From IMG/VR virus record IMGVR_UViG_3300043423_000073, positions 90,700-154,699 of that record: 64,000 nt of DNA; one strand, 5' to 3'. Under the pieces are notes generated by a model. That model saw only the letters and a program-made list of their open reading frames with translations. It searched no databases and was not told where the DNA came from. Positions within the stretch are counted from its first letter, which is position 1; each line of letters opens with the position of its first letter. The position numbers were made by a program, and so were the translations under genes. Source of the DNA: a virus. Taxonomy: Duplodnaviria > Caudoviricetes. Positions 8,087 to 17,538 of this stretch are shown here, in pieces.

Positions 8087-9578
8087 AGCAAAAATGCCAA
8101 ACCGAAAAGGTACGTTAGACGTTGCTGGCAGTCTTGTGATTCCAAAATCGTTGGGAGACTTTGGTACACGCTCTATGGGCATTTATGCCGACGAGGTTAA
8201 CCTTGCTCGGGCAGTCCCTGATCTGATCGACGGTTTGAAGCCTGTTCAGCGCCGCATCCTTTGGGCAGCGTCGAACCTTGGAAAAGACTTTGTCAAAACT
8301 GCTCGATTGGTGGGTGACGTAATTGGGAGGTACCACCCACACGGCGATGCCAGTACTTCGAGCGCAATCGTTACGTTGGTGCAGGCGGCCACTCCGCCGA
8401 TTTCAGGAAAAGGGGGCTGGGGTAATTTAATTGATCCTGCCTCGGCGATGCGGTACACCAACTGTACGTTGTCCAATTACGGCTGGACGTTTTTCAGCCC
8501 CGACTACATTAACAGGCAGGTCACCTCGTTTGTTCCTAACTACGACGACACTGCGATGGAGCCAGTCAGCTTACCTAGCATGTTACCGAACGTGCTTATC
8601 AATGGCGGTGAAGGCATCGGCGTCGGCACCACAACCTGCCTGCCTTCGTTTACGCCTGAATCGCTCGCCGTCGTCATTAAGCGGCGCCTAGCAGGTGAGG
8701 CCCTTGAGCCGCTTGACTATGCAAAGGTGCTCAAATACCAACACCGCTGGGGTGGAAGACTTGTTAACTCGAAGGAGAACAAGCAGGCATGGCTGGCACT
8801 ATTTAGTGCTCCTGGTTCTTCCGTTCAGTTCGAGTCCAACGTGATCATCAACCGTGATCTCAAATTCATTGAGATTGACGACTGGCCGCAAGGTCTGAAC
8901 CCGGTCAAGTTCATTGCGCGTGTTAGAGCTTTGCCTGAATGTGCCTCAGCGGTTAACAGTCGCGGTGCAACCTGCTTTCGTATTGAGTGCCGCAAGGATT
9001 ACAACCTTGCCCAGTTCGACAAGTTTGTTGACAAGGTAAAGAAGATGACAGTGGTACGGCGCGCGTTCCGCCTCAATGTCACGCACCGAGAAAGCAGTGT
9101 TGACGACGGCGTTGTGTCCTTCACTACCAAGTACCTGAGCCTGTCTGTGCCAGATTTGCTGACAGCCTGGTTGCGAGAGCGTCTTAAGCTGGAAAAGAGG
9201 TCTCTAAACTTTCGTATTGTTCGCCAGCAGGCCGCAATCGACTACAGCAAGCTTTTGATATTCGCCTGCGACAATCTGGATGCGATTTTCAAAGCTCTCC
9301 GTCAGCCTGACAGCAAAGCCTTCTTGGTTAAGAGTCTCAAGTTAACGGAAGAGCAGGCAGACCAGATACTTGATCTCAAGGTGCGCCAGTTGTCCCGACT
9401 TGATCAGGATGTTATCAAGCAGCGCCTCAAAGATCAACTTGGTGTGCTAAAGCAGCTGCGCGCTTGGTTAGCAAGCCCAAAGGCTAAAGTGGCTGCGGAT
9501 ATTGACCAAGTGATTGCCGCAATCGAACTCGACAAAAAGTTTGCTTTGTCCAAGACACAGAATCTCGTTTCAGCCTAA
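8076..9578 (+). CDS. Type IIA DNA topoisomerase, A (GyrA/ParC-like) subunit lacking C-terminal pinwheel
   Basis: DGLKPVQRR, YHPHGD, catalytic AMRYT, NGGEGIGVG; only 500 aa. Confidence 0.95.
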   Translation: MKPKAKMPNRKGTLDVAGSLVIPKSLGDFGTRSMGIYADEVNLARAVPDLIDGLKPVQRRILWAASNLGKDFVKTARLVGDVIGRYHPHGDASTSSAIVTLVQAATPPISGKGGWGNLIDPASAMRYTNCTLSNYGWTFFSPDYINRQVTSFVPNYDDTAMEPVSLPSMLPNVLINGGEGIGVGTTTCLPSFTPESLAVVIKRRLAGEALEPLDYAKVLKYQHRWGGRLVNSKENKQAWLALFSAPGSSVQFESNVIINRDLKFIEIDDWPQGLNPVKFIARVRALPECASAVNSRGATCFRIECRKDYNLAQFDKFVDKVKKMTVVRRAFRLNVTHRESSVDDGVVSFTTKYLSLSVPDLLTAWLRERLKLEKRSLNFRIVRQQAAIDYSKLLIFACDNLDAIFKALRQPDSKAFLVKSLKLTEEQADQILDLKVRQLSRLDQDVIKQRLKDQLGVLKQLRAWLASPKAKVAADIDQVIAAIELDKKFALSKTQNLVSA

Positions 9579-9674
9579 AAACTGTAAATGAGTTTTGTGT
9601 AAAAAGATTTTTCCCGGTGTTTCGGGAAAATACCCCCGCGCATATCGCGCATTTCAACTAAGTGAGAAAACCAC

Positions 9675-9989
9675 ATGAAAACAAAAACCGCAACTGCCGC
9701 ACCTGCGAACTTGGCCAAAGGCGTCGCCGCTCTCGCGCGCGACAACACTCGCCTGACCCGCCTGGTTGCGCGCCTGGAAGCCCAAGTCGCCAAAGCACAA
9801 GGCAAAGCACCCGCCAAAGCCGCCAAGGCCGAGAAAGCTGCTCCTGCGAAGGCTGCCACGGTGAAAGCTGCTCCCGCCAAGGCAGCGAAGGCTGTCAAAG
9901 CCACCAAGGCCGCTCCCGTCAAAGCCAAAGCTGCCAAGCCCGCTCCCGCCGCCAAGGCGAAGAAGGCCAGCAGCGACTTTGACATCTGA
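9675..9989 (+). CDS. Histone H1/AlgP-like Lys-Ala-Pro-rich DNA-binding protein
   Basis: Short coiled coil followed by repeated KAAPAK/PAKAAK; ends SDFDI. Confidence 0.75.
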   Translation: MKTKTATAAPANLAKGVAALARDNTRLTRLVARLEAQVAKAQGKAPAKAAKAEKAAPAKAATVKAAPAKAAKAVKATKAAPVKAKAAKPAPAAKAKKASSDFDI

Positions 9990-10003
9990 TTGCTTTGCAG
10001 TCC

Positions 10004-10031
10004 TAGGGCCAGCCTAACCTGGCTGGCCCTA
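10004..10031 (+). terminator. Stem-loop (11-bp stem) after the H1-like gene
   Basis: TAGGGCCAGCC-TAACCT-GGCTGGCCCTA; weak U tract. Confidence 0.5.
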
Positions 10032-10059
10032 ACCCCATTCCCCAAGAACTGGAAACATC

Positions 10060-11025
10060 ATGTTCGACATTGAAGCAAGCCACCGACGAACTGAGGCCGC
10101 GCTAGAGGCAACGAAAAAGACGCGCCAGCTTTACGCCGCCTTGACGACCTATCTCTCGCCTGATCGCTCTCCTAAGCGTATTGTTGCCGGCCTGGTTAAA
10201 GCACACGATTGGTTCGCTGAAAGCGGCATAGCACAGGTTCAAGGCCTAGGCGCCGCTTCTCGTGTTCTTCGGAACGAGCTGCAAAGCTTTCTTACCTATG
10301 CCGCCAAGTGCGCAGAGTCTAATCAGCCAATCACGGAAGAGTTGATCCCCGACGCAGCAAAGGCGCTAGTCGCCGCCTCGGACGCAGCCTTGATTGACGC
10401 CCGAGCTTCTGCCCGACGGGCGACACTTGCCTCCGACGGCTATGCCGCGCACACCGAGGAGCATCAAGCGCTGATGCGAAAAAATGCAAAGTTTGCATCT
10501 CGGCTCCCTAACATTGAACAAAAGGGCTTTGGCTTTGCGCGAGTGCCTGTGGTCTTCACTACGAACCAGGGCCTCAACAAGCACGCAGGCATCGGTTGGC
10601 TGAACAAAGAGCTGGTCGAGTCCTTAGGGTTCAGCATTGACGTCCTCGACGGTTACGCAGTCCTCAACAATCAGATTGTGCTTGGCGTTGACTCTCGCAT
10701 CTCCAAGATTCGTGAAGTCGATCTTACCACGGAGCAGGTGCTGCACAAGGACAAGAAGGTCACTGACCGAGTGGTGACTTTCAAGGGCGGTCGTCCTGAG
10801 ATTGTTGACCGTAAGCGTGCCGCAAAGCCTCGCGACTTTGTGGACGAGTACATTAAGTTGCTCAACAAGAAGACTAACGTGGTTCACACGCTGGTGTCAG
10901 AACGCGCACACGGTCACAAGGGCGACAGCTGGTTTTGGATTATGCCTGCTCGCGATCTTCGTCGTCTTGCCCGGGCGTTCCCTGGCGGCGCCGTGCAAAC
11001 CGCAACCTGGGGCTTTGCCTTCTAA
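10060..11025 (+). CDS. Hypothetical protein
   Basis: 321-aa ORF. Confidence 0.8.
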   Translation: MFDIEASHRRTEAALEATKKTRQLYAALTTYLSPDRSPKRIVAGLVKAHDWFAESGIAQVQGLGAASRVLRNELQSFLTYAAKCAESNQPITEELIPDAAKALVAASDAALIDARASARRATLASDGYAAHTEEHQALMRKNAKFASRLPNIEQKGFGFARVPVVFTTNQGLNKHAGIGWLNKELVESLGFSIDVLDGYAVLNNQIVLGVDSRISKIREVDLTTEQVLHKDKKVTDRVVTFKGGRPEIVDRKRAAKPRDFVDEYIKLLNKKTNVVHTLVSERAHGHKGDSWFWIMPARDLRRLARAFPGGAVQTATWGFAF

Positions 11026-11027
11026 TC

Positions 11028-11513
11028 ATGCAAAAGCTCATCGCACTTCCAACGGTAGAGACACGTGAGCTTCTCCAAGAGCTCATGTCTGCTTCACCAA
11101 TCCCAATCGACTACGACTCAATGTTTATTGAGATTGGTGTTTCGGACGGCCCGATTCCAACTAATCCTTCGGCCGTCTACACGGCAACGACGCTGGGCGG
11201 TAACGTGTGGTACGAAACAGCGACAGGCTCCTCGTACCTCATCTTTCCGCTGCAAGCCGAGCAAGCTTTGCTTGACCGACACAATGCCGTCGGTGACAGC
11301 TTTGGCCGCCGCCATTACGTGCCCTACCTGGTAGGGTGCCGAGAGCCGGTTATGCGACGTCAGCGTAAAAGCTGGATCAACTCCATTGCGAGCACGCTCG
11401 CGCTAAACCCTCGGGTGCTTTCTTTCCACAATGAGTTGGTGGTCGAGGAAACGGGAGTTGTGCCTACTCAGGCCGACTTTTACCAAAACTTTGTTTCAAC
11501 CTCGTTTCTATGA
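11028..11513 (+). CDS. Hypothetical protein
   Basis: ATG 2 nt after upstream stop (MQKLIALP…). Confidence 0.7.
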   Translation: MQKLIALPTVETRELLQELMSASPIPIDYDSMFIEIGVSDGPIPTNPSAVYTATTLGGNVWYETATGSSYLIFPLQAEQALLDRHNAVGDSFGRRHYVPYLVGCREPVMRRQRKSWINSIASTLALNPRVLSFHNELVVEETGVVPTQADFYQNFVSTSFL

Positions 11514-11980
11514 CGCTAGGGCAGTTTGATCTTGTAAAAGATTACTGCTTTGTGTGTGGTCTCCGTTTCCGTGATGTTGTTCCTCCGGGGCCAGCTAACC
11601 GCGAGAACCACCACATAGTGCCGCGCAACGCAGGCGGTGAGGCCGGACCACAAGTCAGCCTGTGTGACGGACACCACACGTTGGTGCACAAGCTCGCGCA
11701 GGCAATGCACCGAGGCGCAAAAGTAGAAACCTTTCTTGCGGGCCTTGAGCGTGAGCAGCAAGCAAAGTTAGCCTGGCTTGCACAAGTGATTGTAAAGGCA
11801 GAGGCTGCCGTTGCCGATGACCCTAACAAGACGTTTGGCAGCAGCATCAAGTTTTCGCCGGACGAGCTAGCAATGCTTAAGGTACTCCAAACTACCTTGG
11901 GTAAGACCCGCACTGAGGTAATCAAGATTGCCTTAAAAATTCTTTATCAGCAAACCAAGGAAGGCCGCTATTCAAAGTAA
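11510..11980 (+). CDS. HNH endonuclease-domain protein with possible C-terminal ribbon-helix-helix
   Basis: CxxC…HHIVPRNAGG…LCDGHHTLVH; C-terminal SIKFSPDE…KTRTEVIKIAL. Confidence 0.75.
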   Translation: MTLGQFDLVKDYCFVCGLRFRDVVPPGPANRENHHIVPRNAGGEAGPQVSLCDGHHTLVHKLAQAMHRGAKVETFLAGLEREQQAKLAWLAQVIVKAEAAVADDPNKTFGSSIKFSPDELAMLKVLQTTLGKTRTEVIKIALKILYQQTKEGRYSK

Positions 11981-12016
11981 GAATCGCGGCCTTTCTTCTT
12001 TTCGGCCCTCATTAAA

Positions 12017-12280
12017 ATGTCAACCAACCCTTCAAGACTACCCATGTTCACTCTCCTTCTCATTGCTGACGATCAGCGTCACTTCCTCACCAAGTCAGAA
12101 AACAGGTACACGGTACTCTGCAAGCAGGCGGATCTAGAGCGCCATTGCCGTCAAATGTCTGTGCCTCCAGTGCTTGACAAAAAGACTGCCCGATTCTTTG
12201 TCACTGATGAAGAAGGTCGGGTGTTAGCCGAAAGAGCTTTTACGGGAACCGGCAGTAGAACCTGGAAAATTGCCAAGTAA
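12017..12280 (+). CDS. Hypothetical protein
   Basis: 87-aa ORF. Confidence 0.6.
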   Translation: MSTNPSRLPMFTLLLIADDQRHFLTKSENRYTVLCKQADLERHCRQMSVPPVLDKKTARFFVTDEEGRVLAERAFTGTGSRTWKIAK

Positions 12281-12299
12281 AACGCCTACTCAGAATTTG

Positions 12300-12328
12300 T
12301 GTTACAATAAGGTACGGAACACTCCGTA
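12300..12328 (+). promoter_or_regulatory. Sigma70-type extended -10 promoter followed by a small hairpin
   Basis: TGTTACAAT at 12300-12308, then AAGG and TACGGA-ACAC-TCCGTA. Confidence 0.55.
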
Positions 12329-12357
12329 GGAATTACGCTGCTTTTAAGGACCCAAAA

Positions 12358-13059
12358 ATGTCGAAAACTATACCCGTCTTGCCTGCCGCCACCACTGCCC
12401 TAGGCAAAGACGAGCCGCTAACCTGCGGCATGTGTTTGCACTTTAAGTCATCCGCCCATCGTGGTAAAGATGACCTTTGTTCGAAGCTCGGTGTGCGTGC
12501 GTTTCAGCCAGCACCTCGCTGCTTCACGCCGGACATTACAAAGGTCATCAAGAGCACGGATAACTTTGTTGCATTGCTCACGTTGCTCGGCGAGTACAGT
12601 CTGAGAGACTTGCGTATCCTGCAAGCCTATCTCCGTTCCGGCGTGCCTGACGGCTTTGCCTTAGGCGAGGAGGTTTACCTTAACCTTCGTCAGCGTGAGT
12701 ACGTCGCAAACTATGTTCGCGGGTTTATTGTTGGCCGCACCTCGTCGGGCGAGATCATTATCGCTGGCGACCCTTCAAACAAGACCAAAGGCAAAATCTT
12801 TTTTGCCTACCTAAAAGCCAGCACAAGCATTCTGCGGGCCAAGGAGTGGCGAGTGACTTACAGACAGCTTGTCGAGCGCGGTCGCATTGAGGATCCTAAG
12901 GTCGTAGGTGTTCCAGGTATCACGCATGAAGTGAAAGAGGACAATTACGAGGTGCCTACGATTGACAATGCGCCTGTGCCGCCCTCACCCGCGTCCTCTA
13001 AAAAGAAGGCAAAGGGCAGCAGCGGCAAGAAAGACTTGGTTGAGATTCTGACCATCTAA
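12358..13059 (+). CDS. Hypothetical protein with Cys-rich N-terminus
   Basis: CGMCLHF…C…C; AAGGA RBS. Confidence 0.75.
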   Translation: MSKTIPVLPAATTALGKDEPLTCGMCLHFKSSAHRGKDDLCSKLGVRAFQPAPRCFTPDITKVIKSTDNFVALLTLLGEYSLRDLRILQAYLRSGVPDGFALGEEVYLNLRQREYVANYVRGFIVGRTSSGEIIIAGDPSNKTKGKIFFAYLKASTSILRAKEWRVTYRQLVERGRIEDPKVVGVPGITHEVKEDNYEVPTIDNAPVPPSPASSKKKAKGSSGKKDLVEILTI

Positions 13060-13063
13060 GTTT

Positions 13064-13981
13064 ATGACCGCCTCAATCATTAACCTAGTAGGATCAAAAG
13101 ATCCTCACGTTCTGCACGGCATCTTTGACCACCTGTTCGGCAGCACAACCAAGTTTGAGTTTCGACGGCTATTCCCTGACTTTGCAGAAAGCAAAATCGT
13201 CTGGGACAAGGTAAACAGCAATGGTTACCTCATGCAGAACTGCAAACTCTTTGCCTGGGCCGCACACAGAGACAAACGCACACGGCCCTCGCAGTTTAAT
13301 GTGATGCCGCGCGACGCAGCCTTTCTGCGAACAGTCGATCTACGGAGTGTGCCTAAGCGCTATCGTGCTTACTCACTTGCAGAGTTCGTTGCGCTAGAGT
13401 CGCGTATCTTGGTGTCAGGTGAGATGAAGACATACATTGGAAAGTTTGTGAGCCGCAAGCTCATATTCCTCCATAGGTACTACGGTCTGCCTCGCGAGGA
13501 CATAGAGAACCATCTCGTGTGCAGCGCTCTCTACGCACTGAGAAAGCACTACCCACGGTATGAAGGCGAACTCCACGCGCTAAACATTTGCAAAACAGCT
13601 ATTCATAACTCTGGTATGGGCCTCATAGAGTTTTGGACGCGTGACAAACGCAATGCTATCAAGCAAGGCCAGGGCGTTAGCATTGCGCTTGATTCTCTAC
13701 GTAACGTCGGTGTTGCGCCGGAGCATGAAAATGAGTTAAGGACGAATCTGCAGATGCTGGTTCAGCTCAGCGTGGGTTTACCGCCAATCCAACAGCGCTT
13801 TCTCTCCGCAGCGGCGGGTCTTCCAGACATGGGGCTGTCACTGTTCCTCGGTGCCGACAATTCAGTGCTTGCAGACTCAACGCCTTACTCAAGGTACCTC
13901 GCAAGCCTGAGAAACTATTATCGCATTGAGCTAGCAGAACAGGATCAGTTGCTGTCCTCTCTCAGAAACCGAATGGTTTAA
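13064..13981 (+). CDS. Putative divergent sigma-factor-like protein
   Basis: REDIENHL…ALYALRKHYPRY…KTAIHN…RDKR weakly resembles sigma region 2. Confidence 0.4.
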   Translation: MTASIINLVGSKDPHVLHGIFDHLFGSTTKFEFRRLFPDFAESKIVWDKVNSNGYLMQNCKLFAWAAHRDKRTRPSQFNVMPRDAAFLRTVDLRSVPKRYRAYSLAEFVALESRILVSGEMKTYIGKFVSRKLIFLHRYYGLPREDIENHLVCSALYALRKHYPRYEGELHALNICKTAIHNSGMGLIEFWTRDKRNAIKQGQGVSIALDSLRNVGVAPEHENELRTNLQMLVQLSVGLPPIQQRFLSAAAGLPDMGLSLFLGADNSVLADSTPYSRYLASLRNYYRIELAEQDQLLSSLRNRMV

Positions 13982-13994
13982 CCAAAGGACCGAT

Positions 13995-14330
13995 ATGTCT
14001 AAGAACGTTTCGTTTGAAATTGTTGACCCGCCAGTTTATGCTCCGTATTCAGCCTCAGATGATATGGTTACTACTCAAAAAGTTCTGTGGAAAGGTGACT
14101 GGGCACTCAGTATTGCCGTTGACAAAACAGGTTTCGTCGGCAGAAACGGCTGTGGCTTCTACGTCTACAGTCACTGGCCTTTGCTCGGCAAGAGTGTCGT
14201 AGGAACCTGTAAATCCTTGGAAGAAGCGCATTCACTCGCAAAGAGGCGCCTCTCTGAGTTTGAGTGTTTCCTGCGGCGTATTTGGTTTTTACCACGCACC
14301 GAATTGACGAAGCCATCAGCTGAGGGCTAA
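13995..14330 (+). CDS. Hypothetical protein
   Basis: AAGGA RBS, 111 aa. Confidence 0.7.
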   Translation: MSKNVSFEIVDPPVYAPYSASDDMVTTQKVLWKGDWALSIAVDKTGFVGRNGCGFYVYSHWPLLGKSVVGTCKSLEEAHSLAKRRLSEFECFLRRIWFLPRTELTKPSAEG

Positions 14331-14331
14331 C

Positions 14332-14634
14332 ATGAGCAAACCAACAAAGAAACAACTTGAAGCCTGGTTGGCCGAGGCTTCGATCTCTGACGAAGATTTT
14401 AGTCTCCGAAAACTTGCTGACAAGATTGGCGAACACGCGTTCAACGCTGGCCTTGCCGCAGCCGCGTCTTACCTGACTGGCACCGCGCAGGATTTTGAGG
14501 AGATGCGTGCCCGGCTGATTAACAGCCGCAGTCGCCCTACCGAGAACGAACGTAAAGAGGCCCAGGCATGCGAAGACAAAGCGAAATTATTGCGCGGCCA
14601 AGCAGGACACATAGCTGGTTTGAAACAGCGCTAG
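14332..14634 (+). CDS. Hypothetical protein
   Basis: 100-aa ORF, GAGGG RBS. Confidence 0.7.
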   Translation: MSKPTKKQLEAWLAEASISDEDFSLRKLADKIGEHAFNAGLAAAASYLTGTAQDFEEMRARLINSRSRPTENERKEAQACEDKAKLLRGQAGHIAGLKQR

Positions 14635-15083
14635 AGCGCTGGCAGGCAGCAAACGACTTACACAGTCTAGGCGGCCATTGCATTAGACTGTTGGCCGAGG
14701 CAGTTAAGCATCAAGGTATCAACCGAGCCTCCGTTTCTCCTGCCGCCGAGAAACTATATAGTCAAGGCTTCATCTTCGTAGACACCAGTGATCTTTGGTC
14801 TACTGAGGTGACCATCAAACCTAGCCTGTGGGGTGAAGAGGCACTTGAGATACTGGACGATTTGCGCATGCCTAAGAAACTGCCAGAGCTAACACCGCTG
14901 CAACTCGACATCCTACGCTGTGCCATAAACACGGCCAAGGAGAACAACATTCAAACAGTGACGGTCTTGCGCGCATTACTGCTGCACCGTTGGCCTAAGA
15001 AGCCAAAGAGTATCGACGCGGCCCTTGAGCTTTGGGCTAACCATGAAAAGAGTAACCGTGAAAAATCTCGTTACCAAAGATGA
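14568..15083 (+). CDS. Hypothetical protein (start uncertain)
   Basis: Open frame filling the gap between neighbours. Confidence 0.55.
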   Translation: MRRQSEIIARPSRTHSWFETALERWQAANDLHSLGGHCIRLLAEAVKHQGINRASVSPAAEKLYSQGFIFVDTSDLWSTEVTIKPSLWGEEALEILDDLRMPKKLPELTPLQLDILRCAINTAKENNIQTVTVLRALLLHRWPKKPKSIDAALELWANHEKSNREKSRYQR

Positions 15084-15387
15084 GGGTGTAGAATCCCATT
15101 GCCAGCATACAACGCCTTGTTCCGACTGCCCTTGGCGCCGCGACTCGTTAAATGGTTGGTTAGGCGGTCACTCGGCCCAGGAGTTTGTTGGCATTGCCAA
15201 GTCAGACTTTCCTTATCCCTGCCACACCGTCACCAATCAACAGTGTGCGGGTATGGCAATCTTCCGTCGCAACATAATCAAGATGCCTAGACCGCCTGCA
15301 CTTATTTTGGAGAAAGACAAAGAGACCGTGTTTGCTAACCAAGATGAGTTTCTTGCGCATCACACCTTTTCCAAAGGACACGACTAA
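15043..15387 (+). CDS. Cys-rich protein (PCxxCPWR…CH…CAG family, DUF6283-like)
   Basis: PCSDCPWRRDS…PCH…QCAG motif. Confidence 0.65.
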   Translation: MKRVTVKNLVTKDEGVESHCQHTTPCSDCPWRRDSLNGWLGGHSAQEFVGIAKSDFPYPCHTVTNQQCAGMAIFRRNIIKMPRPPALILEKDKETVFANQDEFLAHHTFSKGHD

Positions 15388-15685
15388 TGAAAACCTCCGA
15401 CATACTGGCAAAAGCCAAAACGCATCTGTGGACAGGTCACTGGGAAATACGCCTTGGGTGCCGTTTTATCTGCCACGCAGTTGACCGCGTGAAAGAGGCA
15501 CGGTTCTACGATTGTACATACGTTAGGCGATAATTAACACCAGGATTAAACCACACGCTACGGCTAAGGACTGGCTCCGTGCCCAGCTAGGCGAAGACCT
15601 TGTCCCTACTGACCTGCAGATGCAAACTTGGCGACACCAGTGGCTTGACCAGCTGATTGAGGAGTTTAAGGCCAAAGGCGACTGA
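15387..15685 (+). pseudogene. Frameshifted conserved phage gene (MKTS…FICHA / …MQTWRHQWLDQLIEEFKAKGD)
   Basis: 299 nt from ATG to TGA; halves lie in different frames and join if one G is added in GTTAGGCGATA at ~15525. Confidence 0.7.
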
Positions 15686-15743
15686 CTACGCTTCCTAACC
15701 GGGACAAGGAGCAAAATATCGCCAGAAACGCCGTAAAACCCTC

Positions 15744-15780
15744 AAAAACCACCTAAATTTACCGTTTTTAGGTGGTTTTT
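15744..15780. repeat. 14-bp perfect inverted repeat in an AT-rich intergenic region
   Basis: AAAAACCACCTAAA-9 nt-TTTAGGTGGTTTTT. Confidence 0.9.
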
Positions 15781-15824
15781 GCCCTATTTTGGCTAAAAAC
15801 GCCGTTTTAAGTAGGTTTTTCGTG

Positions 15825-15830
15825 TATAAT
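15825..15830 (+). promoter_or_regulatory. Consensus -10 box (TATAAT) at the head of the accessory/early gene block
   Basis: GTGTATAATTAAGGTAC resembles the 12300 promoter; no clear -35. Confidence 0.55.
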
Positions 15831-15902
15831 TAAGGTACAGGAATGTAGGAATACCTATGCCTGTAATTTTTACAGCCCCAAGCCTTTTTTAGGAGATTGA
15901 AA

Positions 15903-16484
15903 ATGACTCAACACAACCAAACCAACCAGTCCAACCAACCCAACCCAGACAAGCGCTTCTTAGCCACCTTTATGCAGTGTGTTGCCGAGGCCATGGCGCA
16001 TCCTGTAAACCTTCAAGCTACTGACGCACTTGAGTTACATGATGCAATGCTCTATAGCATTGATCCGGCTAACGCCGCTCCTTTCTTTATGCAACGTGGC
16101 TACGACGGCGCAGACATTACCGAGCAGGCATTGACACAATGTGCCTACGCCTTAGGCTTGTCTCCGAGTAAACCCCAACGTACCTTTGCCGATATGCTTG
16201 CGCGCATTAAGCAACACCAACAAGGCTTGATCACTGATAGCGAATTGATTATGGCCTTACAGTGTACGCCTCACCAATTGACTGCACTGCTGCAATACTC
16301 AAGCCTGCCGCACAAGGCGCAAGGCAAAGTCAGCATTACCGACTGGGATGCCGAAGAAGGCGAAGCGCCCGTCGAGTCCGAGGCCAACATTACCAATGAT
16401 GACGACGTCGATACCGAACTCGATGCCGGTGGCGAGCGTTACGGCAGAAAGCTCAGAAAGAGCCGCTATGAAAGCAATGACTAA
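15903..16484 (+). CDS. Hypothetical protein
   Basis: AGGAG RBS; first gene after the promoter. Confidence 0.75.
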   Translation: MTQHNQTNQSNQPNPDKRFLATFMQCVAEAMAHPVNLQATDALELHDAMLYSIDPANAAPFFMQRGYDGADITEQALTQCAYALGLSPSKPQRTFADMLARIKQHQQGLITDSELIMALQCTPHQLTALLQYSSLPHKAQGKVSITDWDAEEGEAPVESEANITNDDDVDTELDAGGERYGRKLRKSRYESND

Positions 16485-16544
16485 AACATCATTTGTACTG
16501 CGCAAGTTCCAACTCCAGCCTAGCTGGCCTTAAAAGGTGCCCCC

Positions 16545-16892
16545 ATGGACAAGTTAACCGAACCCGGTCCTTCCGGGTACGACGATTTTATAGATGATCG
16601 TTTGGCTGAGTGCATTGAGTGGATTGAACGTCACCCTGACGGCAAACACTACGTCGCATGTTTTCTGCGATCAACCGCACAAGACCTAGGGAAACGCTTC
16701 CCCAACGCAACAGCGTTGCCGCTCTCACAGTTAGCCACAGGATGGTCAACTACTGATGAGAACGCGTACCTGTGCTGCACCTGGACGTTACGGTCTAGCG
16801 CCGTCGCAGCCCAGTTAGGCGGCCGACTAAGAGGAGCAAAGGCTCGTGAACACACGCTGATTTTTACGGAAGAAGGAAAGTTTCATGGCTAA
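16545..16892 (+). CDS. Hypothetical protein
   Basis: 115-aa ORF. Confidence 0.6.
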   Translation: MDKLTEPGPSGYDDFIDDRLAECIEWIERHPDGKHYVACFLRSTAQDLGKRFPNATALPLSQLATGWSTTDENAYLCCTWTLRSSAVAAQLGGRLRGAKAREHTLIFTEEGKFHG

Positions 16893-17178
16893 AACAGCAT
16901 TTGTAATGAGCAAGGAAATGGCCGACGTTGAGCGCCTCGGCGCTCTCAAAGAGCAGATTGCCGCGCTTCAGCGTGAGCACGACAAGCTGGAAACACGCCT
17001 GCGCAAAAAGTTAGGTCGTCGCATAGGCCTAACTTTTATGCTCAATGTGTTTGACAGCACAAACAAGACCTTCAACTATGCCCGCGCCAAGCGCCTACTT
17101 GGGGCTGACACCTACGCTCGCTGCTGGAAAGAAAATGCGTACCGCACCAGCCGTTTAACCAAACTCACTGAGGAGTAA
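16885..17178 (+). CDS. Hypothetical protein (N-terminal coiled coil)
   Basis: AAGGA RBS. Confidence 0.7.
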   Translation: MAKTAFVMSKEMADVERLGALKEQIAALQREHDKLETRLRKKLGRRIGLTFMLNVFDSTNKTFNYARAKRLLGADTYARCWKENAYRTSRLTKLTEE

Positions 17179-17181
17179 GAC

Positions 17182-17538
17182 ATGGAAATCAAATCGCCCT
17201 ACGACCTAAAGCGTGATGTTGACACTGCGCTCTTCAATGTGCAGATGGTCATCGAAGCAGCGCAGAAAAAGTTTGCGTCTGGCGAATACTGCTTCACCTG
17301 GCCGACTGTGCTTGGTTTGCTAAACAAGCTGGACGAGTTTAATCCCGAAAAGACTTTCACCTTGTTCTGGCACGATGGTACAACACAGTTAGTGACCGGT
17401 AATACCCTCCACCTGGCGTTGTTCAAAGCAGGGGTTGTGCGACAAGCCTCCTCTGACCATTTCGGTTGGGCGGAAGGTGACGTCCGTTCTTCTTATGAGT
17501 GGGACGAAGTATCCCGCAATTGGGAACCTACGGTATGA
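17182..17538 (+). CDS. Hypothetical protein sharing its N-terminal module with 21711-22100
   Basis: GAGGAG RBS; YDLKRDVDTALFNVQMVIEA. Confidence 0.75.
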   Translation: MEIKSPYDLKRDVDTALFNVQMVIEAAQKKFASGEYCFTWPTVLGLLNKLDEFNPEKTFTLFWHDGTTQLVTGNTLHLALFKAGVVRQASSDHFGWAEGDVRSSYEWDEVSRNWEPTV

